From Escherichia coli (GTDB taxonomy: Bacteria > Pseudomonadota > Gammaproteobacteria > Enterobacterales > Enterobacteriaceae): a stretch of DNA of 64,000 bases. The stretch is from assembly GCF_003334765.1 (NCBI RefSeq), contig NZ_QOWT01000007.1, one strand, 5' to 3'. Both the position numbers and the translations under genes were made by a program. How positions within the stretch are numbered: the first letter of the stretch is position 1; each line of letters begins with the position of its first letter. The notes beneath the pieces are model-generated. The model saw only the letters and a program-made list of their open reading frames with translations. It made no database searches and was not told the origin of the DNA. Positions 37,639 through 47,819 of the stretch are shown here, piece after piece.

Positions 37639-37721
37639 CTTTTTTCTGCTTAACTTAACCAGACAATCACACAAAAGAGTCGCTAGTGGAAAAGCCATTT
37701 CGAAAAATCCTGGTCATAAAG

Positions 37722-38756
37722 ATGCGATATCACGGAGATATGTTATTAACTACTCCTGTAATCAGTACACTCAAGCAGAATTATCCCGACGCAAAAATCG
37801 ATATGCTGCTTTACCAGGATACAATTCCGATTTTATCTGAAAACCCAGAAATTAATGCACTCTATGGTATAAGCAATAAAGGTACGGGAACATTCGATAA
37901 AATTAAAAATGCACTTTCACTGATAAAAACTCTGCGTGCGAATAATTACGACCTGGTCATTAATCTTACGGATCAGTGGATGGTGGCCCTGCTGGTACGT
38001 TGTTTACCTGCTCGTATGAAAATATCGCAGCTTTATGGTCATCGGCAGCATGGCATTTGGAAAAAAAGCTTTACACACTTAGCGCCTATACACGGTACAC
38101 ATATTGTTGAGCGTAATTTGTCGGTCCTTGAGCCATTAGGTATTACCGATTTTTATACTGAAACAACCATGAGTTACGCCGAGGATTGCTGGAAGAAAAT
38201 GCGCCAGGAATTAGATGCACTGGGCGTGAAAGATCATTATGTCGTCATCCAGCCGACAGCCAGACAGATATTTAAGTGCTGGGACAACGATAAATTTTCT
38301 ATGGTTATCGATGCGTTGCAACATCGTGGTTATCAGGTTGTGCTGACTTGTGGCCCTTCGGCAGATGATCTCGCTTGCGTAGATGAAATTGCACGAGGCT
38401 GCCAAACAAAACCTATTACCGGCCTTGCCGGTAAAACACGTTTTCCTGAACTGGGCGCATTAATTGATCATGCAGTGCTCTTTATTGGTGTGGATTCTGC
38501 GCCGGGGCATATTGCAGCGGCTGTGAAGACGCCAGTTATTAGCCTGTTTGGGGCCACTGATCATGTATTCTGGCGTCCATGGACCGAGAATATTATTCAG
38601 TTCTGGGCGGGGAATTATCAAAAAATGCCTACCCGGCACGAACTTGACCGCAACAAAAAATATCTTTCTGTTATTCCAGCGGAAGATGTCATTGCCGCTA
38701 CGGAAAAGCTGTTGCCAGAAGATGCACCTTCAGCTGACAGGAATGCGCAATTATGA
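37722..38756 (+). CDS. waaQ: LPS heptosyltransferase III
   Basis: GT9 heptosyltransferase; start placed at MRYHGDMLLTTPV (344 aa); in-frame GTG at 37686 is an alternative. Confidence 0.85.
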   Translation: MRYHGDMLLTTPVISTLKQNYPDAKIDMLLYQDTIPILSENPEINALYGISNKGTGTFDKIKNALSLIKTLRANNYDLVINLTDQWMVALLVRCLPARMKISQLYGHRQHGIWKKSFTHLAPIHGTHIVERNLSVLEPLGITDFYTETTMSYAEDCWKKMRQELDALGVKDHYVVIQPTARQIFKCWDNDKFSMVIDALQHRGYQVVLTCGPSADDLACVDEIARGCQTKPITGLAGKTRFPELGALIDHAVLFIGVDSAPGHIAAAVKTPVISLFGATDHVFWRPWTENIIQFWAGNYQKMPTRHELDRNKKYLSVIPAEDVIAATEKLLPEDAPSADRNAQL

Positions 38757-39877
38757 TCGTGGCATTTTGCTTATATAAATATTTTCCATTTGGTGGGCTA
38801 CAGCGTGACTTTATGCGTATTGCCTCAACAGTTGCCGCACGGGGCCACCATGTTCGGGTATATACACAGTCGTGGGAAGGCGATTGCCCGGAAGCATTTG
38901 AGCTTATTCGCGTACCGGTTAAATCCCATACTAACCATGGACGTAATGCAGAATATTATGCCTGGGTTCAAAACCATCTGAAGGCACATCCCGCTGATCG
39001 CGTTGTTGGCTTTAATAAGATGCCTGGGCTGGATGTTTATTTTGCCGCCGATGTCTGTTATGCCGAGAAAGTGGCGCAAGAAAAGGGATTTTTCTATCGT
39101 TTAACATCGCGCTATCGCCATTATGCTGCATTCGAGCGAGCGACTTTCGAACATGGTAAATCGACGAAACTTATGATGTTGACCGATAAGCAAATCGCCG
39201 ATTTTCAGAAGCATTACCAAACTGAACCAGAACGTTTTCAAATTCTTCCCCCTGGTATCTATCCTGACAGAAAATACAACGCGCAAATCCCAAACAGTCG
39301 TGAAATTTATCGCCAGAAAAATGGCATCACTGAACAACAAAACTTATTGCTGCAGGTTGGTTCAGATTTTGGTCGTAAAGGTGTGGATCGCTCAATTGAA
39401 GCTTTGGCATCGTTACCAGAATCGTTACGCCATAATACGTTGTTGTTTGTTGTTGGCCAGGATAAACCGCGTAAATTTGAAGTGCTGGCAGAAAAACTCG
39501 GTGTGCGTAGTAAAGTGCATTTCTTTTCCGGGCGGAATGATGTGTCTGAATTAATGGCAGCCGCTGATTTATTAATGCATCCCGCTTATCAGGAGGCTGC
39601 AGGTATTGTTCTCCTTGAGGCAATTGCCGCGGGATTACCTGTGTTGACGACTGCGGTATGCGGATACGCACACTATATCACAGATGCTAATTGTGGAACG
39701 GTCATCGCTGAACCTTTCTCCCAGGAACAATTAAATGACGTTTTACGTAAAGCGTTAACTCAATCTCCATTGCGCATGGCCTGGGCGGAGAATGCTCGGT
39801 ATTACGCCGATACTCAGGATTTATACAGCCTGCCGGAGAAAGCGGCAGATATCATTACAGGTGGTTTAGATGGTTGA
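38753..39877 (+). CDS. waaG: LPS glucosyltransferase I (GT4)
   Basis: 374 aa [24 protein letters not shown]; 4-nt ATGA overlap with waaQ. Confidence 0.9.
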   Translation: MIVAFCLYKYFPFGGLQRDFMRIASTVAARGHHVRVYTQSWEGDCPEAFELIRVPVKSHTNHGRNAEYYAWVQNHLKAHPADRVVGFNKMPGLDVYFAADVCYAEKVAQEKGFFYRLTSRYRHYAAFERATFEHGKSTKLMMLTDKQIADFQKHYQTEPERFQILPPGIYPDRKYNAQIPNSREIYRQKNGITEQQNLLLQVGSDFGRKGVDRSIEALASLPESLRHNTLLFVVGQDKPRKFEVLAEKLGVRSKVHFFSGRNDVSELMAAADLLMHPAYQEAAGIVLLEAIAAGLPVLTTAVCGYAHYITDANCGTVIAEPFSQEQLNDVLRKALTQSPLRMAWAENARYYADTQDLYSLPEKAADIITGGLDG

Positions 39878-40667
39878 ATTAGAAGAGCCACTTGCCACAC
39901 TCTGGCGTGGTAAAGATGCCTTTGCAGAAGTTAAAAAACTGAATGGCGAGGTCTTCCGTGAACTGGAGACGCGTCGCACATTACGCTTTGAACTGGCCGG
40001 CAAAAGTTATTTCCTCAAATGGCACAAAGGGACGACCCTAAAGGAGATTATAAAAAATCTGCTCTCATTGCGGATGCCCGTTTTAGGTGCAGACAGAGAG
40101 TGGCACGCTATTCATCGACTGCATGATGTCGGTGTTGATACGATGCACGGAATAGGATTTGGTGAAAAAGGGTTAAATCCATTAACTCGCACATCATTTA
40201 TTATTACCGAAGATCTCACTCCCACAATTAGCCTTGAAGATTATTGTGCAGATTGGGCGGTCAACCCGCCTGATGTACATATTAAGCGTATGCTGATCGC
40301 GCGTGTGGCAACCATGGTGCGCAAAATGCATGCAGCAGGGATTAATCACCGTGATTGTTATATCTGCCACTTTTTACTCCATTTGCCATTTACTGGCCGG
40401 GAAGATGAATTAAAAATTTCGGTTATCGATCTGCACCGGGCACAGATACGTGCAAAAGTACCACGTCGTTGGCGGGATAAAGATTTGATTGGTTTATATT
40501 TCTCATCAATGAATATTGGTCTGACGCAGAGAGATATCTGGCGATTTATGAAGGTTTATTTTGGGATGCCTTTACGCGATATTTATAGACTTGAGATTGA
40601 TTTACTTAAAAAGGCAAGGATTAAAGCAGGAAAAATAGAAGCAAGAACAATAAGAAAAAACTTGTAA
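39870..40667 (+). CDS. waaP: LPS core heptose(I) kinase
   Basis: 265 aa; kinase-like HRDCYICHF motif; 8-nt overlap with waaG. Confidence 0.9.
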   Translation: MVELEEPLATLWRGKDAFAEVKKLNGEVFRELETRRTLRFELAGKSYFLKWHKGTTLKEIIKNLLSLRMPVLGADREWHAIHRLHDVGVDTMHGIGFGEKGLNPLTRTSFIITEDLTPTISLEDYCADWAVNPPDVHIKRMLIARVATMVRKMHAAGINHRDCYICHFLLHLPFTGREDELKISVIDLHRAQIRAKVPRRWRDKDLIGLYFSSMNIGLTQRDIWRFMKVYFGMPLRDIYRLEIDLLKKARIKAGKIEARTIRKNL

Positions 40668-40699
40668 ATAGTATTTTATTACAAAAAGGGATTCTAAAA

Positions 40700-41680
40700 T
40701 TGTTGAAATATAGAAACTTCGTTGCTAAGAAGAAAAATTTATACCAAAACGAAGTGTCGTATGTTAAAAATTTACATATTGCACTATGCTTTGACCGTGA
40801 ATTCATAATGCCAGCGGGTGTTGCATTATATTCAATTATATCCAACAATAGACATATTAACCTTCATTTTCACCTTCTTATATCAGGCATAGAAGAAAAG
40901 GAGTGTTCAGCTTTTTACGAACTAGAAGGTCCTAATACATCAATATCTGTATATTATATAACTGATAAATTTGACATTAATCCGGATACATTAGTTCTTG
41001 GTATTCCTTTATCAACATGTTTACGTTTTTTAATCCCAGAAGTTATTGATGATAAAATAAATAAGATACTTTATCTTGACTGTGATGTCATATGTAATGG
41101 TCCTTTAGATGAACTGGTTGATTATAATTTAAATGCTGATATTGCATGTGTAATTCCAGATTCGCCAGAAATGCAAGAACGTGTAAAAAAATTAGACTAT
41201 GGCATTGAGTTTATTAATTATTTTAATGCCGGGGTTATGTTTATTAATACCAGCGAATGGAAAAAAAATAATATAACACAAAAAGCGTTAGAAATGATCA
41301 ACAGTGGAAAAGTATATAGGTATGCAGATCAGGATGTGCTCAATATTTTACTTAATGGACGAGTGCATTACCTTGATAAGAAGTACAATAATAAGACAAC
41401 ATTGTCAGTACGATGTGATGAAGAACAAAAAAACTTGCCCAACACAATTATAATGCATTATGTTACCCAGAATAAACCATGGTACAAAATATTTAGAGCA
41501 CAAAATTTTGATCATTATTTTTCAAATTCTCCTTGGAAGAACCATAAAAGAAATCTAGCTCCATCATCAAGTGAGATTAGGTTAAAGTCTAAAGTTTTTT
41601 GGCTAGAAGGAAAATATTGTAAAGCCATTTCTTATTATTATAAGTATTTACTTGTTAAATTATTTGGCTTAAAGATTTAG
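40700..41680 (+). CDS. GT8-family LPS core glycosyltransferase at the position K-12 gives to waaS
   Basis: 326 aa; GT8 motifs shared with the two downstream paralogs (LYLDCDVICNG, YFNAGVMFIN, DQDVLN, KPW); low GC. Confidence 0.6.
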   Translation: MLKYRNFVAKKKNLYQNEVSYVKNLHIALCFDREFIMPAGVALYSIISNNRHINLHFHLLISGIEEKECSAFYELEGPNTSISVYYITDKFDINPDTLVLGIPLSTCLRFLIPEVIDDKINKILYLDCDVICNGPLDELVDYNLNADIACVIPDSPEMQERVKKLDYGIEFINYFNAGVMFINTSEWKKNNITQKALEMINSGKVYRYADQDVLNILLNGRVHYLDKKYNNKTTLSVRCDEEQKNLPNTIIMHYVTQNKPWYKIFRAQNFDHYFSNSPWKNHKRNLAPSSSEIRLKSKVFWLEGKYCKAISYYYKYLLVKLFGLKI

Positions 41681-41693
41681 CTGGAATGAAATT

Positions 41694-42773
41694 ATGAAAA
41701 TAGCCTTTATTGGCGAAGCTGTTTCTGGATTTGGCGGCATGGAAACAGTCATTCGTGATGTTATTACTACCTTCAGGCAACAACATATCCAAAGTGAAAT
41801 TTTTTTCTTTTGTCGTAATGACAAAATGGATAAGGGATGGCTGGAAGGTATTAAGTACTCGTGTTCATTTTCCAATATTCGCTTAGGTTTTTTGCGTCGC
41901 GCGAAACATATTCATGCTTTAAGCAAATGGCTTCATGATTATCAGCCAGATGTTGTTATTTGTATTGACGTGATCTCGTGTTTGTATGCGGCCAAAGCTC
42001 GTAAAAAATCGGGGATTGATGTACCTGTATTTTCATGGCCGCATTTTTCTTTAGATCATAAAAAACATGCCGAATATATCACCTGTGCCGACTATCATTT
42101 AGCCATCAGCTCTGGTATTAAACAGCAAATGATTAGCCGGGGTGTACCAGAATCGACAATAAACGTTATTTTTAATCCCGTTGAGGCGAAAAATTCAGTC
42201 ATTCCTGCACCCGGGGAAGGCGAAACGGCAACATTCATTTATGTTGGGCGCATGAAATTTGAAGGCCAAAAGCGCGTAAAAGATCTGCTTGATGGCTTAT
42301 CACAAGTGCAAGGTGACTGGAAACTTCATGTATTGGGAGATGGCTCCGATTTCGAAAAATGCCAGGCTTATGGTAGAGGATTAAATATTGATGATCGAAT
42401 TGTCTGGTATGGTTGGCAACAACATCCCTGGAAATTAGTTCAGCAAGATATTAAAAAAGTGAGTGCATTATTACTCACGTCATCTTTTGAAGGTTTCCCA
42501 ATGACTCTACTTGAAGCCTTGTCGTGGGGGATCCCTTGTATCAGTGCAGATTGTGTCTCCGGGCCTGTTGATATCATTCAGCCTGATGTTAATGGTCATT
42601 TATATCAACCGGGGGATATGACCGGTTTTGTTGCTCTTCTCAATAAATACATAGCCGGTGAAATTCACATCGCACATGAAAAAATTCCGGCGTCGATCGA
42701 TAAATTTTATCAACCGAAATATTACGACAGATTGCAAAAGATAATTATTTCTGTTATTTCCCGGAGGAAATAA
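41694..42773 (+). CDS. waaB: LPS alpha-1,6-galactosyltransferase (GT4)
   Basis: 359 aa MKIAFIGEAVSGFGGMETVI...FFFCRNDKMDK; closely matches recalled WaaB. Confidence 0.8.
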   Translation: MKIAFIGEAVSGFGGMETVIRDVITTFRQQHIQSEIFFFCRNDKMDKGWLEGIKYSCSFSNIRLGFLRRAKHIHALSKWLHDYQPDVVICIDVISCLYAAKARKKSGIDVPVFSWPHFSLDHKKHAEYITCADYHLAISSGIKQQMISRGVPESTINVIFNPVEAKNSVIPAPGEGETATFIYVGRMKFEGQKRVKDLLDGLSQVQGDWKLHVLGDGSDFEKCQAYGRGLNIDDRIVWYGWQQHPWKLVQQDIKKVSALLLTSSFEGFPMTLLEALSWGIPCISADCVSGPVDIIQPDVNGHLYQPGDMTGFVALLNKYIAGEIHIAHEKIPASIDKFYQPKYYDRLQKIIISVISRRK

Positions 42774-43792
42774 TGCAGCAGGTTTTTTTCCAGGAGACTG
42801 AGTTTCTCAATTCGGTTATTGATTATAATCATAAAATAGAAGCAGAAAATCTTTGTCTGGATATTGCTTATGGGACTGACAAAAATTTTCTTTTTGGATG
42901 CGGAATATCGATTGCTTCAATATTAAAATATAATGAAGGAAATCAATTATGCTTTCATATTTTTACTGATTATTTCGGTGATGACGATCGCAAATATTTT
43001 GATGCCCTGGCCAGGCAATATAAAACAAGAATTAAGATATATTTAATTAATGGTGATCGACTCCGTTCATTACCCTGCACCAAGAACTGGACTCATGCTA
43101 TTTATTTTCGTTTTGTTATCGCCGATTACTTTTTTAATAAAGCACCCAAAGTTCTTTATCTGGATGCAGATATTATTTGTCAGGGAACTATAGAACCACT
43201 TATCAATTACACGTTTTCTGAACATACAGTCGCAATGGTTGTTACAGAAGGACAAAAAGACTGGTGGGCAAAACGTGCTCATTCGTTAGGTGTTGCTGGG
43301 ATTGCTAATGGTTACTTTAACTCCGGTTTTTTACTGATTAATACTAATCAATGGACGAATGAGCGGGTTTCTGCACGGGCCATTGCAATGTTAAGTGATC
43401 CAGAGATAGTCAAAAAAATAACACATCCTGATCAGGATGTATTAAATATGTTATTGGCAGACAAACTTGTTTATGCTGATATTAAATATAACACTCAGTT
43501 TAGTTTAAATTATCAACTAAAAGAAAGTTTTAAAAACCCAGTAACTAACGATACAGTTTTTATTCATTATATTGGTCCAACTAAACCCTGGCATGACTGG
43601 GCCTGGGATTATCCAATATCACAAGCTTTTATGGCGGCAAAAAATGCTTCACCATGGAAGGATACTGCGTTATTGAAACCGGTTAATAGTAATCAATTAA
43701 GATACAGTGCTAAACATATGTTGAAAAAAAAGCAATATATCAAAGGATTTGGCAACTATCTTTTGTATTTTATAAAAAAGCTAAAGCATTAA
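42773..43792 (+). CDS. waaO: GT8 LPS outer-core alpha-1,3-hexosyltransferase (WaaI/WaaO-like)
   Basis: 339 aa GT8 paralog; 1-nt overlap with waaB stop. Confidence 0.65.
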   Translation: MQQVFFQETEFLNSVIDYNHKIEAENLCLDIAYGTDKNFLFGCGISIASILKYNEGNQLCFHIFTDYFGDDDRKYFDALARQYKTRIKIYLINGDRLRSLPCTKNWTHAIYFRFVIADYFFNKAPKVLYLDADIICQGTIEPLINYTFSEHTVAMVVTEGQKDWWAKRAHSLGVAGIANGYFNSGFLLINTNQWTNERVSARAIAMLSDPEIVKKITHPDQDVLNMLLADKLVYADIKYNTQFSLNYQLKESFKNPVTNDTVFIHYIGPTKPWHDWAWDYPISQAFMAAKNASPWKDTALLKPVNSNQLRYSAKHMLKKKQYIKGFGNYLLYFIKKLKH

Positions 43793-43802
43793 TACTGATA
43801 AT

Positions 43803-43931
43803 CTATACTCTAAATAATTCGAGTTGCAGGACAAAAAGCCAGTGGCGTTTTGAGGAACGCTTGCGTTGGCCCTGAAATGCCGAGTAACTCGCCGATGCAG
43901 CACATGCAACTTGAAGTATAACGAGTATATA
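43803..43931. repeat. ERIC/IRU-like imperfect palindromic intergenic repeat, variant centre
   Basis: Ends CTATACTCTAAATAATTCGAGTTGCAGG ... GCACATGCAACTTGAAGTATAACGAGTATATA are inverted copies of each other, a sequence class I recognise as ERIC arms; the centre lacks the canonical ERIC core. Confidence 0.45.
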
Positions 43932-43955
43932 AAGTAATGATATAAGGATAGCCTT

Positions 43956-44972
43956 GTGAACTCATTTCCTGCCATAGAGATAGATAAAGTTAAAGCCTGG
44001 GATTTTAGGCTTATTGATGAAAATACTGCTGAAAGTTTAAATGTTGCCTATGGTGTCGATTCCAATTATCTTGATGGTGTAGGTGTTTCCATTACTTCAA
44101 TTGTCATTAATAATCGACATGTTAATCTTGATTTTTATATTATTGCTGATGTTTATAACGACGATTTCTTTCAAAAAGTTGAGAAACTTGCTGAGCAATA
44201 CCAATTAAGAATCACACTTTATAGAATAAATACTGATAATCTTCAGTGCCTGCCTTGTACACAAGTCTGGTCAAGAGCAATGTACTTCCGTTTATTTGCT
44301 TTTCAATTATTGGGAGTAACACTTAATCGTTTGCTTTATCTTGATGCCGATGTAGTTTGTAAGGGAAATATTAGTCAACTATTGCATTTAGAGTTTAATG
44401 GAGCGGTGGCTGCAGTAGTCAGGGATGTAGACCCAATGCAGGAAAAGGCGGTAGTCAGATTATCTGATCCTGAACTTCGGGGGCAGTATTTTAATTCTGG
44501 TGTCGTTTACTTAGACCTAAAAAAATGGACAGAAGCAAAACTAACCGAAAAAGCACTGTCTATTCTTATGAGTAAAGATAGTATTTATAAGTATCCTGAC
44601 CAGGACGTTATGAATGTCCTACTAAAAGGGATGACAATATTCCTGCCACGTGAGTTCAATACTATATATACAATAAAAAGTGAGTTAAAAGATAAAACGC
44701 ATCAAAAATATAAAGAGTTGATAAAAGAGGATACTCTTCTTATTCATTATACTGGGGCCACCAAGCCGTGGCACAAATGGGCAATTTATCCATCGGTAAA
44801 ATACTATAAAATAGCTTTAGAAAGATCCCCCTGGAAAGATGACTCACCACGAGATGCAAAATCAATTATTGAATTCAAAAAAAGATATAAACATCTGTTA
44901 GTGCAACATCATTATATCTCAGGACTCATTGCAGGAGTGTGTTATCTTTGCCGAAAATATTACCGTAAATAA
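43956..44972 (+). CDS. waaJ: GT8 LPS outer-core alpha-1,2-glucosyltransferase
   Basis: 338 aa; N-terminus and body closely match recalled K-12 WaaJ/WaaR (…SFPAIEIDKVKAWDF..., C-terminal HHYISG.IAGVCYLCRKYYRK). Confidence 0.8.
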   Translation: MNSFPAIEIDKVKAWDFRLIDENTAESLNVAYGVDSNYLDGVGVSITSIVINNRHVNLDFYIIADVYNDDFFQKVEKLAEQYQLRITLYRINTDNLQCLPCTQVWSRAMYFRLFAFQLLGVTLNRLLYLDADVVCKGNISQLLHLEFNGAVAAVVRDVDPMQEKAVVRLSDPELRGQYFNSGVVYLDLKKWTEAKLTEKALSILMSKDSIYKYPDQDVMNVLLKGMTIFLPREFNTIYTIKSELKDKTHQKYKELIKEDTLLIHYTGATKPWHKWAIYPSVKYYKIALERSPWKDDSPRDAKSIIEFKKRYKHLLVQHHYISGLIAGVCYLCRKYYRK

Positions 44973-44989
44973 CATTTAACTGGTTTAAC

Positions 44990-45688
44990 ATGATTCAGAA
45001 GAATAAAATCAAAGATTTAGTTGTTTTTACCGATGAAAATAACTCAAAGTATCTCAATGTATTAAATGACTTTCTTTCTTATGATATTAATATCATCAAA
45101 GTTTTTCGTTCTATAGATGATACAAAAGTCATGCTTATTGATACCGATTACGGTAAATTGATACTTAAAGTTTTTTCGCCTAAAGTAAAACGCAACGAAC
45201 GTTTCTTTAAATCTCTTTTAAAGGGAGATTATTATGAACGCCTTTTTGAGCATACTCAAAAAGTGCGTAACGAGGGGCTACATTCTCTCAATGATTTTTA
45301 TTTGTTGGCAGAACGGAAAACATTACGTTTTGTCCATACTTATATCATGCTTATCGAATATATCGATGGCGTAGAGTTGTGTGATATCCCCGATATTGAT
45401 GAAACTTTAAAAAATAAAATTCAACAATCAATTCGTTCATTACACGAACACGGTATGGTATCTGGTGATCCTCACCGCGGTAATTTTATTATTGAAAATG
45501 GTGAAGTACGCATTATTGATCTTTCAGGAAAACGGGCATCTGCACAACGTAAAGCGAAAGATCGTATTGATTTAGAGCGACATTATGGTATTAAGAATGA
45601 GGTTAAAGATCTCGGTTATTATCTTTTAGTTTATCGTAAAAAAATACGTAATCTTATGCGGCGTTTGAAAGGGAAGCCAGCACGATAA
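44990..45688 (+). CDS. waaY: LPS core heptose(II) kinase
   Basis: 232 aa, kinase-like; position after waaJ. Confidence 0.85.
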   Translation: MIQKNKIKDLVVFTDENNSKYLNVLNDFLSYDINIIKVFRSIDDTKVMLIDTDYGKLILKVFSPKVKRNERFFKSLLKGDYYERLFEHTQKVRNEGLHSLNDFYLLAERKTLRFVHTYIMLIEYIDGVELCDIPDIDETLKNKIQQSIRSLHEHGMVSGDPHRGNFIIENGEVRIIDLSGKRASAQRKAKDRIDLERHYGIKNEVKDLGYYLLVYRKKIRNLMRRLKGKPAR

Positions 45689-45759
45689 AGTAAAAGTCTT
45701 ACATTTAAACGTCTTCGTCAGGACATTTCTATGCGGAGTTCTTATTTCACAGGTTTATC

Positions 45760-46569
45760 ATGAAGAATATTAGATACATTGACAAAAAAGATGTTGAAAA
45801 CCTGATAGAAAGTAAAACGTCTGATGATGTTATTATTTTTCTTTCCGGCCCCACATCGCAAAAAACACCATTGTCAGTGCTGCAGACAAGGGATGTTATT
45901 GCTGTCAATGGTTCTGCACAATATCTATTAAGTCATAATATTATTCCCTATATTTATGTACTTACCGATGTTCGCTTTTTACATCAACGGCGTGATGATT
46001 TTTATAAATTTAGCCAGAGAAGTCGTTATACCATCGTAAATGTTGACGTTTATGAACATGCTTCTGAAGAAGATAAGCGGTACATCCTTCAAAACTGCCT
46101 GGTACTACGTTCATTTTACCGCAGAGAAAAAGGTGGATTGATCAAGAAGATCAAGTTTAATATTTTGAGCCGAATTCATAAAGAGCTCCTGATCTCTGTA
46201 CCTTTTTCTAAAAAAGGTCGTCTGGTTGGCTTTTGCAAGGATATTAACCTCGGTTATTGTTCATGCCATACCGTTGCTTTTGCTGCAATCCAAATAGCCT
46301 ATTCGCTGAAGTATGCTCGTATTATCTGTTCAGGCCTTGATTTAACGGGTAGCTGTTCGCGTTTCTATGATGAAGATAAGAATCCTATGCCCTCAGAGTT
46401 GATTCGGGATTTATTCAAAATTTTACCATTTTTCCGTTTTATGCGTGAAAATATAGAAGATATCAATATTTATAATTTATCCGACGATACTGCAATTCAA
46501 TATGATATTATTCCCTATATGAAAATATCCGAAATTGAAGAGCCGTGTGTTTATGAAAAAATAAGCTAA
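45760..46569 (+). CDS. waaZ: LPS core biosynthesis protein WaaZ (KdoIII-associated)
   Basis: 269 aa; position and similarity to recalled WaaZ; low GC. Confidence 0.7.
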   Translation: MKNIRYIDKKDVENLIESKTSDDVIIFLSGPTSQKTPLSVLQTRDVIAVNGSAQYLLSHNIIPYIYVLTDVRFLHQRRDDFYKFSQRSRYTIVNVDVYEHASEEDKRYILQNCLVLRSFYRREKGGLIKKIKFNILSRIHKELLISVPFSKKGRLVGFCKDINLGYCSCHTVAFAAIQIAYSLKYARIICSGLDLTGSCSRFYDEDKNPMPSELIRDLFKILPFFRFMRENIEDINIYNLSDDTAIQYDIIPYMKISEIEEPCVYEKIS

Positions 46570-46621
46570 TATTTTATATGTGTTTATTACGTGTTATAAA
46601 TTATATTGGAGTTGGCTAATA

Positions 46622-47764
46622 ATGATTAAAAAAATAATATTTACCGTCACACCAATATTTTCTATACCGCCAAAAGGAGCTGCAGCGGTTGAAACATGGA
46701 TTTATCAGGTCGCAAAAAGACTTTCGATTCCAGTAACTATCGCCTGTATTCGAAACGAAGGTTACCCAACCTACACAAAAGTAAATGATCACTGTGATAT
46801 TCACTACATTGGTTTTAGTCGAGTCTATAAACGACTTTTCCAAAAGTGGACTCGACTTGATCCTGTGCCATATTCTCAGCGTATTTTAAATACCCAACCT
46901 AAAAACACTGATCCGAAAGACTCTGTTATTGTTATCCACAATAGCATGAAGCTGTATAAACAGATTCGTAGCAGAAGCCCTCACGCGCAGCTAGTTATGC
47001 ATCTTCATAATGCTTTCGAGCCAGGTGAGTTAGACAAAAATGCAAAGATAATTGTTCCTAGCCAGTTTCTTTTCGATTTCTATTCGGAAAAAATGCCTGA
47101 TGCAAATATTGCTATTGTGCCTAATGGTTTTTGTTCTGAATCGTATGAACAAAATAATACTGAAGATTTGAGGCAGAAACTGAACATTGATGCAAATGAT
47201 ACCGTGTTATTATTTGCAGGAAGGATATCACCAGATAAAGGTTGCCTGATGCTTATGGAGGCTTTTAATCAGCTGAATAAGATACAAGATAACCTCAAAC
47301 TGGTGATTGTCGGAGATCCTTTTGCCAGTAAAAAAGGCGAAAAAGCTGAATATCAGAAAAAAGTTCTGGATGCAGCGAAAGCTATTGGAGCGCAATGCAT
47401 TATGGCGGGTGGACAGCCTCCAGAGCAGATGCATAACTATTACCGTTTAGCAGATTTAGTTGTTGTTCCTTCTCAGGTAGAAGAAGCTTTTTGTATGGTA
47501 GCTGTTGAAGCGATGGCGGCAGGTAAACCAGTGCTTGCCAGTCAAAAAGGTGGAATTAGTGAGTTTGTTCTGGAAGGAATTACAGGCTATCACCTTGCAG
47601 AGCCTATGACATCTGAAAGTATTCTCGCGGATATTAAGCGCGTTTTGGCGGATGCTGACAGAGCTCAAATTGCTAAAAATGCCCGAAATTTTGTTTTCTC
47701 AAAATATAGCTGGGAACATGTTACTCAGCGTTTTGAAGCACAAATACAAGACTGGTTTGGTTAA
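46622..47764 (+). CDS. waaK: GT4 glycosyltransferase, WaaK-like (GlcNAc transferase in Salmonella and R2 cores)
   Basis: ORF 46580..47764; start at MIKKIIFTV with GGAG Shine-Dalgarno (381 aa); GT4 EX7E-type C-terminal domain; not a GT9 heptosyltransferase like K-12 WaaU. Confidence 0.65.
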   Translation: MIKKIIFTVTPIFSIPPKGAAAVETWIYQVAKRLSIPVTIACIRNEGYPTYTKVNDHCDIHYIGFSRVYKRLFQKWTRLDPVPYSQRILNTQPKNTDPKDSVIVIHNSMKLYKQIRSRSPHAQLVMHLHNAFEPGELDKNAKIIVPSQFLFDFYSEKMPDANIAIVPNGFCSESYEQNNTEDLRQKLNIDANDTVLLFAGRISPDKGCLMLMEAFNQLNKIQDNLKLVIVGDPFASKKGEKAEYQKKVLDAAKAIGAQCIMAGGQPPEQMHNYYRLADLVVVPSQVEEAFCMVAVEAMAAGKPVLASQKGGISEFVLEGITGYHLAEPMTSESILADIKRVLADADRAQIAKNARNFVFSKYSWEHVTQRFEAQIQDWFG

Positions 47765-47782
47765 AAATTATTGGATTTGAAG

Positions 47783-47819
47783 AGCCTGCCTGAACTTAAT
47801 GTCAGGCAGGCTTTTTTTT
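47783..47819 (+). terminator. intrinsic terminator at the end of the waaQ operon, overlapping the waaL stop
   Basis: AGCCTGCCTGA-acttaatg-TCAGGCAGGCT 11-bp stem followed by T8. Confidence 0.75.

Noticed and set aside
37686-37721. Upstream in-frame GTG start for waaQ (356-aa version)
   Set aside because: The ATG at 37722 gives the 344-aa length I recall for WaaQ. The GTG extension cannot be ruled out without homolog alignment, so it is given only as an alternative.
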